A stretch of DNA of 36,785 nt from Octopus bimaculoides (Eukaryota), in assembly GCF_001194135.2 (NCBI RefSeq), contig NC_068984.1, positions 42,723,344-42,760,128 on the forward strand, written 5' to 3'. This document shows, piece after piece, positions 34,877 through 36,785 of this stretch. Each line of letters begins with the position of its first letter. The stretch's first letter is position 1. A program made the position numbers and the translations under genes. Below the pieces are notes generated by a model. That model worked only from the letters and a program-made list of their open reading frames with translations, made no database searches and was not told the DNA's origin.

Positions 34877-35620
34877 NNNNNNNNNNNNNNNNNNNNNNNN
34901 NNNNNNNNNNNNNNNNNNNNNNNNNNNNNNNNNNNNNNNNNNNNNNNNNNNNNNNNNNNNNNNNNNNNNNNNNNNNNNNNNNNNNNNNNNNNNNNNNNNN
35001 NNNNNNNNNNNNNNNNNNNNNNNNNNNNNNNNNNNNNNNNNNNNNNNNNNNNNNNNNNNNNNNNNNNNNNNNNNNNNNNNNNNNNNNNNNNNNNNNNNNN
35101 NNNNNNNNNNNNNNNNNNNNNNNNNNNNNNNNNNNNNNNNNNNNNNNNNNNNNNNNNNNNNNNNNNNNNNNNNNNNNNNNNNNNNNNNNNNNNNNNNNNN
35201 NNNNNNNNNNNNNNNNNNNNNNNNNNNNNNNNNNNNNNNNNNNNNNNNNNNNNNNNNNNNNNNNNNNNNNNNNNNNNNNNNNNNNNNNNNNNNNNNNNNN
35301 NNNNNNNNNNNNNNNNNNNNNNNNNNNNNNNNNNNNNNNNNNNNNNNNNNNNNNNNNNNNNNNNNNNNNNNNNNNNNNNNNNNNNNNNNNNNNNNNNNNN
35401 NNNNNNNNNNNNNNNNNNNNNNNNNNNNNNNNNNNNNNNNNNNNNNNNNNNNNNNNNNNNNNNNNNNNNNNNNNNNNNNNNNNNNNNNNNNNNNNNNNNN
35501 NNNNNNNNNNNNNNNNNNNNNNNNNNNNNNNNNNNNNNNNNNNNNNNNNNNNNNNNNNNNNNNNNNNNNNNNNNNNNNNNNNNNNNNNNNNNNNNNNNNN
35601 NNNNNNNNNNNNNNNNNNNT
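34877..35620. other. Assembly gap (N)
   Basis: N run. Confidence 1.
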
Positions 35621-35638
35621 ACATATATATATATATAA

Positions 35639-36246
35639 GGATTTACTTTCCGTAATGAGATAAAAGACCAAGGCTGTGTATAATATAGAACATTTATAAA
35701 TAGAATGTCTTACAGCTGTTTCCTGGATATTTATTATATCCCTTCATTGAGAGGGTGGTTAAGCAATAGTTAGTTTAGTTAAGATAGAAATAGAGAGTGA
35801 ATGTAGGGATATTGTATTTGTAAATCCATTGATTAGGCAGAATGGTATACATATAAGATTCCAATACCTTGTGAGTAAGATCCAATTGTTTTTAAGATTG
35901 GTCGTTGCCTTTGTAAATCCATTTTACTCATAGGGTATTGGAATCTTAATAATGGATTTACAAAGGCAACGACCAATCTTAAAAACAATTGGATTTTACT
36001 CACACGGTATTAGAATCTTATATGTATACTATTCGTACTAAACAATGGATTTACAAATGCAATATCCCTACATTCACTCTCCATTTTCTATCTTAACTAA
36101 ACTAACTATTGCTTAATCATCCTCTCACACCGTCTCCAATGAAGCGATATAATAAATATCTTGGGAACAGCTGTAAGACATTCTATTATGAATGTCCTAT
36201 ATTATACACAGCCTTGGTCTTTTATCTCATTACGAAAAGTAAATCC
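35639..36246. mobile_element. ~608-bp fold-back palindrome (arms ~285-295 bp, 27-nt spacer)
   Basis: 35639-35923 is the reverse complement of 35951-36246, with scattered substitutions and a ~10-nt indel near 36128; a 10-N gap follows (36247-36256). Confidence 0.92.
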
Positions 36247-36630
36247 NNNNNNNNNNTATATGTGCCTCTGTATACATACATATATACATGTATGTGTGCG
36301 TGTGTTTGTTTTTGAACATGTGTGCGTTCTCTTCTATTTTTAATCATTTGAAACTTTACTGTTAGGAAAGGTAGTGGTTTCTAACAAAAATTCAAAGCTA
36401 TATCTTTGGAACGTATATAACAAAACAAAGATCACATGTTGAACCTGAGAAAAGTTGTACATATTTTCACTGTTCCGCTTACAGGTTGTATTTGTAATGT
36501 GCGTGTTAGCTGGTTGATTTCGTTTTCAGAAAACCTTACCTTGTGCAGACGCCTTCTTTCCTCTTCCTACCTTCTTCCCCTCGCGCTCATCTCTCAACAA
36601 CTTTTCCACCCGTCCCTTTTAATTTTCCAA

Positions 36631-36670
36631 ATGTTCTGAAGAAGAGAGTATAACCCTGAAATATAGAAAT
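36631..36670 (+). ncRNA. Degenerate hammerhead-like motif, Penelope type
   Basis: atgtt-CTGAAGA-AGAG(agtataa)CCCT-GAA-AT/AT-A-gaaat; helix II 3 of 4 pairs, helix I 4 of 5 pairs. Confidence 0.35.
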
Positions 36671-36785
36671 ACGAGGTAAAACTGCCTTGTCTTTTTGTTC
36701 ATTCCTTTCTCTTTTCCTTTCTTGCAATTTACTTTGTACTTTGTCGCGTTGTCCGGACTTACACGACAAATCTCTTTAGTACATA

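Noticed and set aside
1-36785. CRISPR arrays, rRNA, prokaryotic operons or defence systems
   Set aside because: No repeat-spacer arrays, rRNA or dense coding; the sequence is repeat-rich animal DNA.

Overview
AT-rich, microsatellite-dense animal genomic DNA with seven assembly gaps. The SINE and MITE families look like those I recall from Octopus or a related coleoid cephalopod (inference from memory, no search run). I found no supportable host protein-coding exon; almost all short ORFs in the track are translations of microsatellites or gaps. Supported content: a decayed Ty3/gypsy LTR retrotransposon (gag, protease, RT N-terminus, PBS; about 5.2-7.2 kb, minus strand), three tRNA-headed SINE-like families, two mariner-type MITEs, a cluster of R4/Dong-like RLE-LINE fragments set in (TAA)n arrays (25.7-27.9 kb), a Penelope-like remnant and two long fold-back palindromes. 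The most interesting signal is a set of minimal hammerhead-ribozyme-like motifs of the Penelope type. One lies inside a tRNA-headed SINE-like element (3876-3921) that carries an inverted copy of its own 3' end at its 5' junction. One is a U3-A8 core variant in a GIY-YIG-bearing remnant with the same inverted-terminus layout (32062-32098). A third is degenerate (36631-36670). Together they suggest a Penelope-mobilised, ribozyme-bearing SINE system; this is inference and its novelty is unverified.
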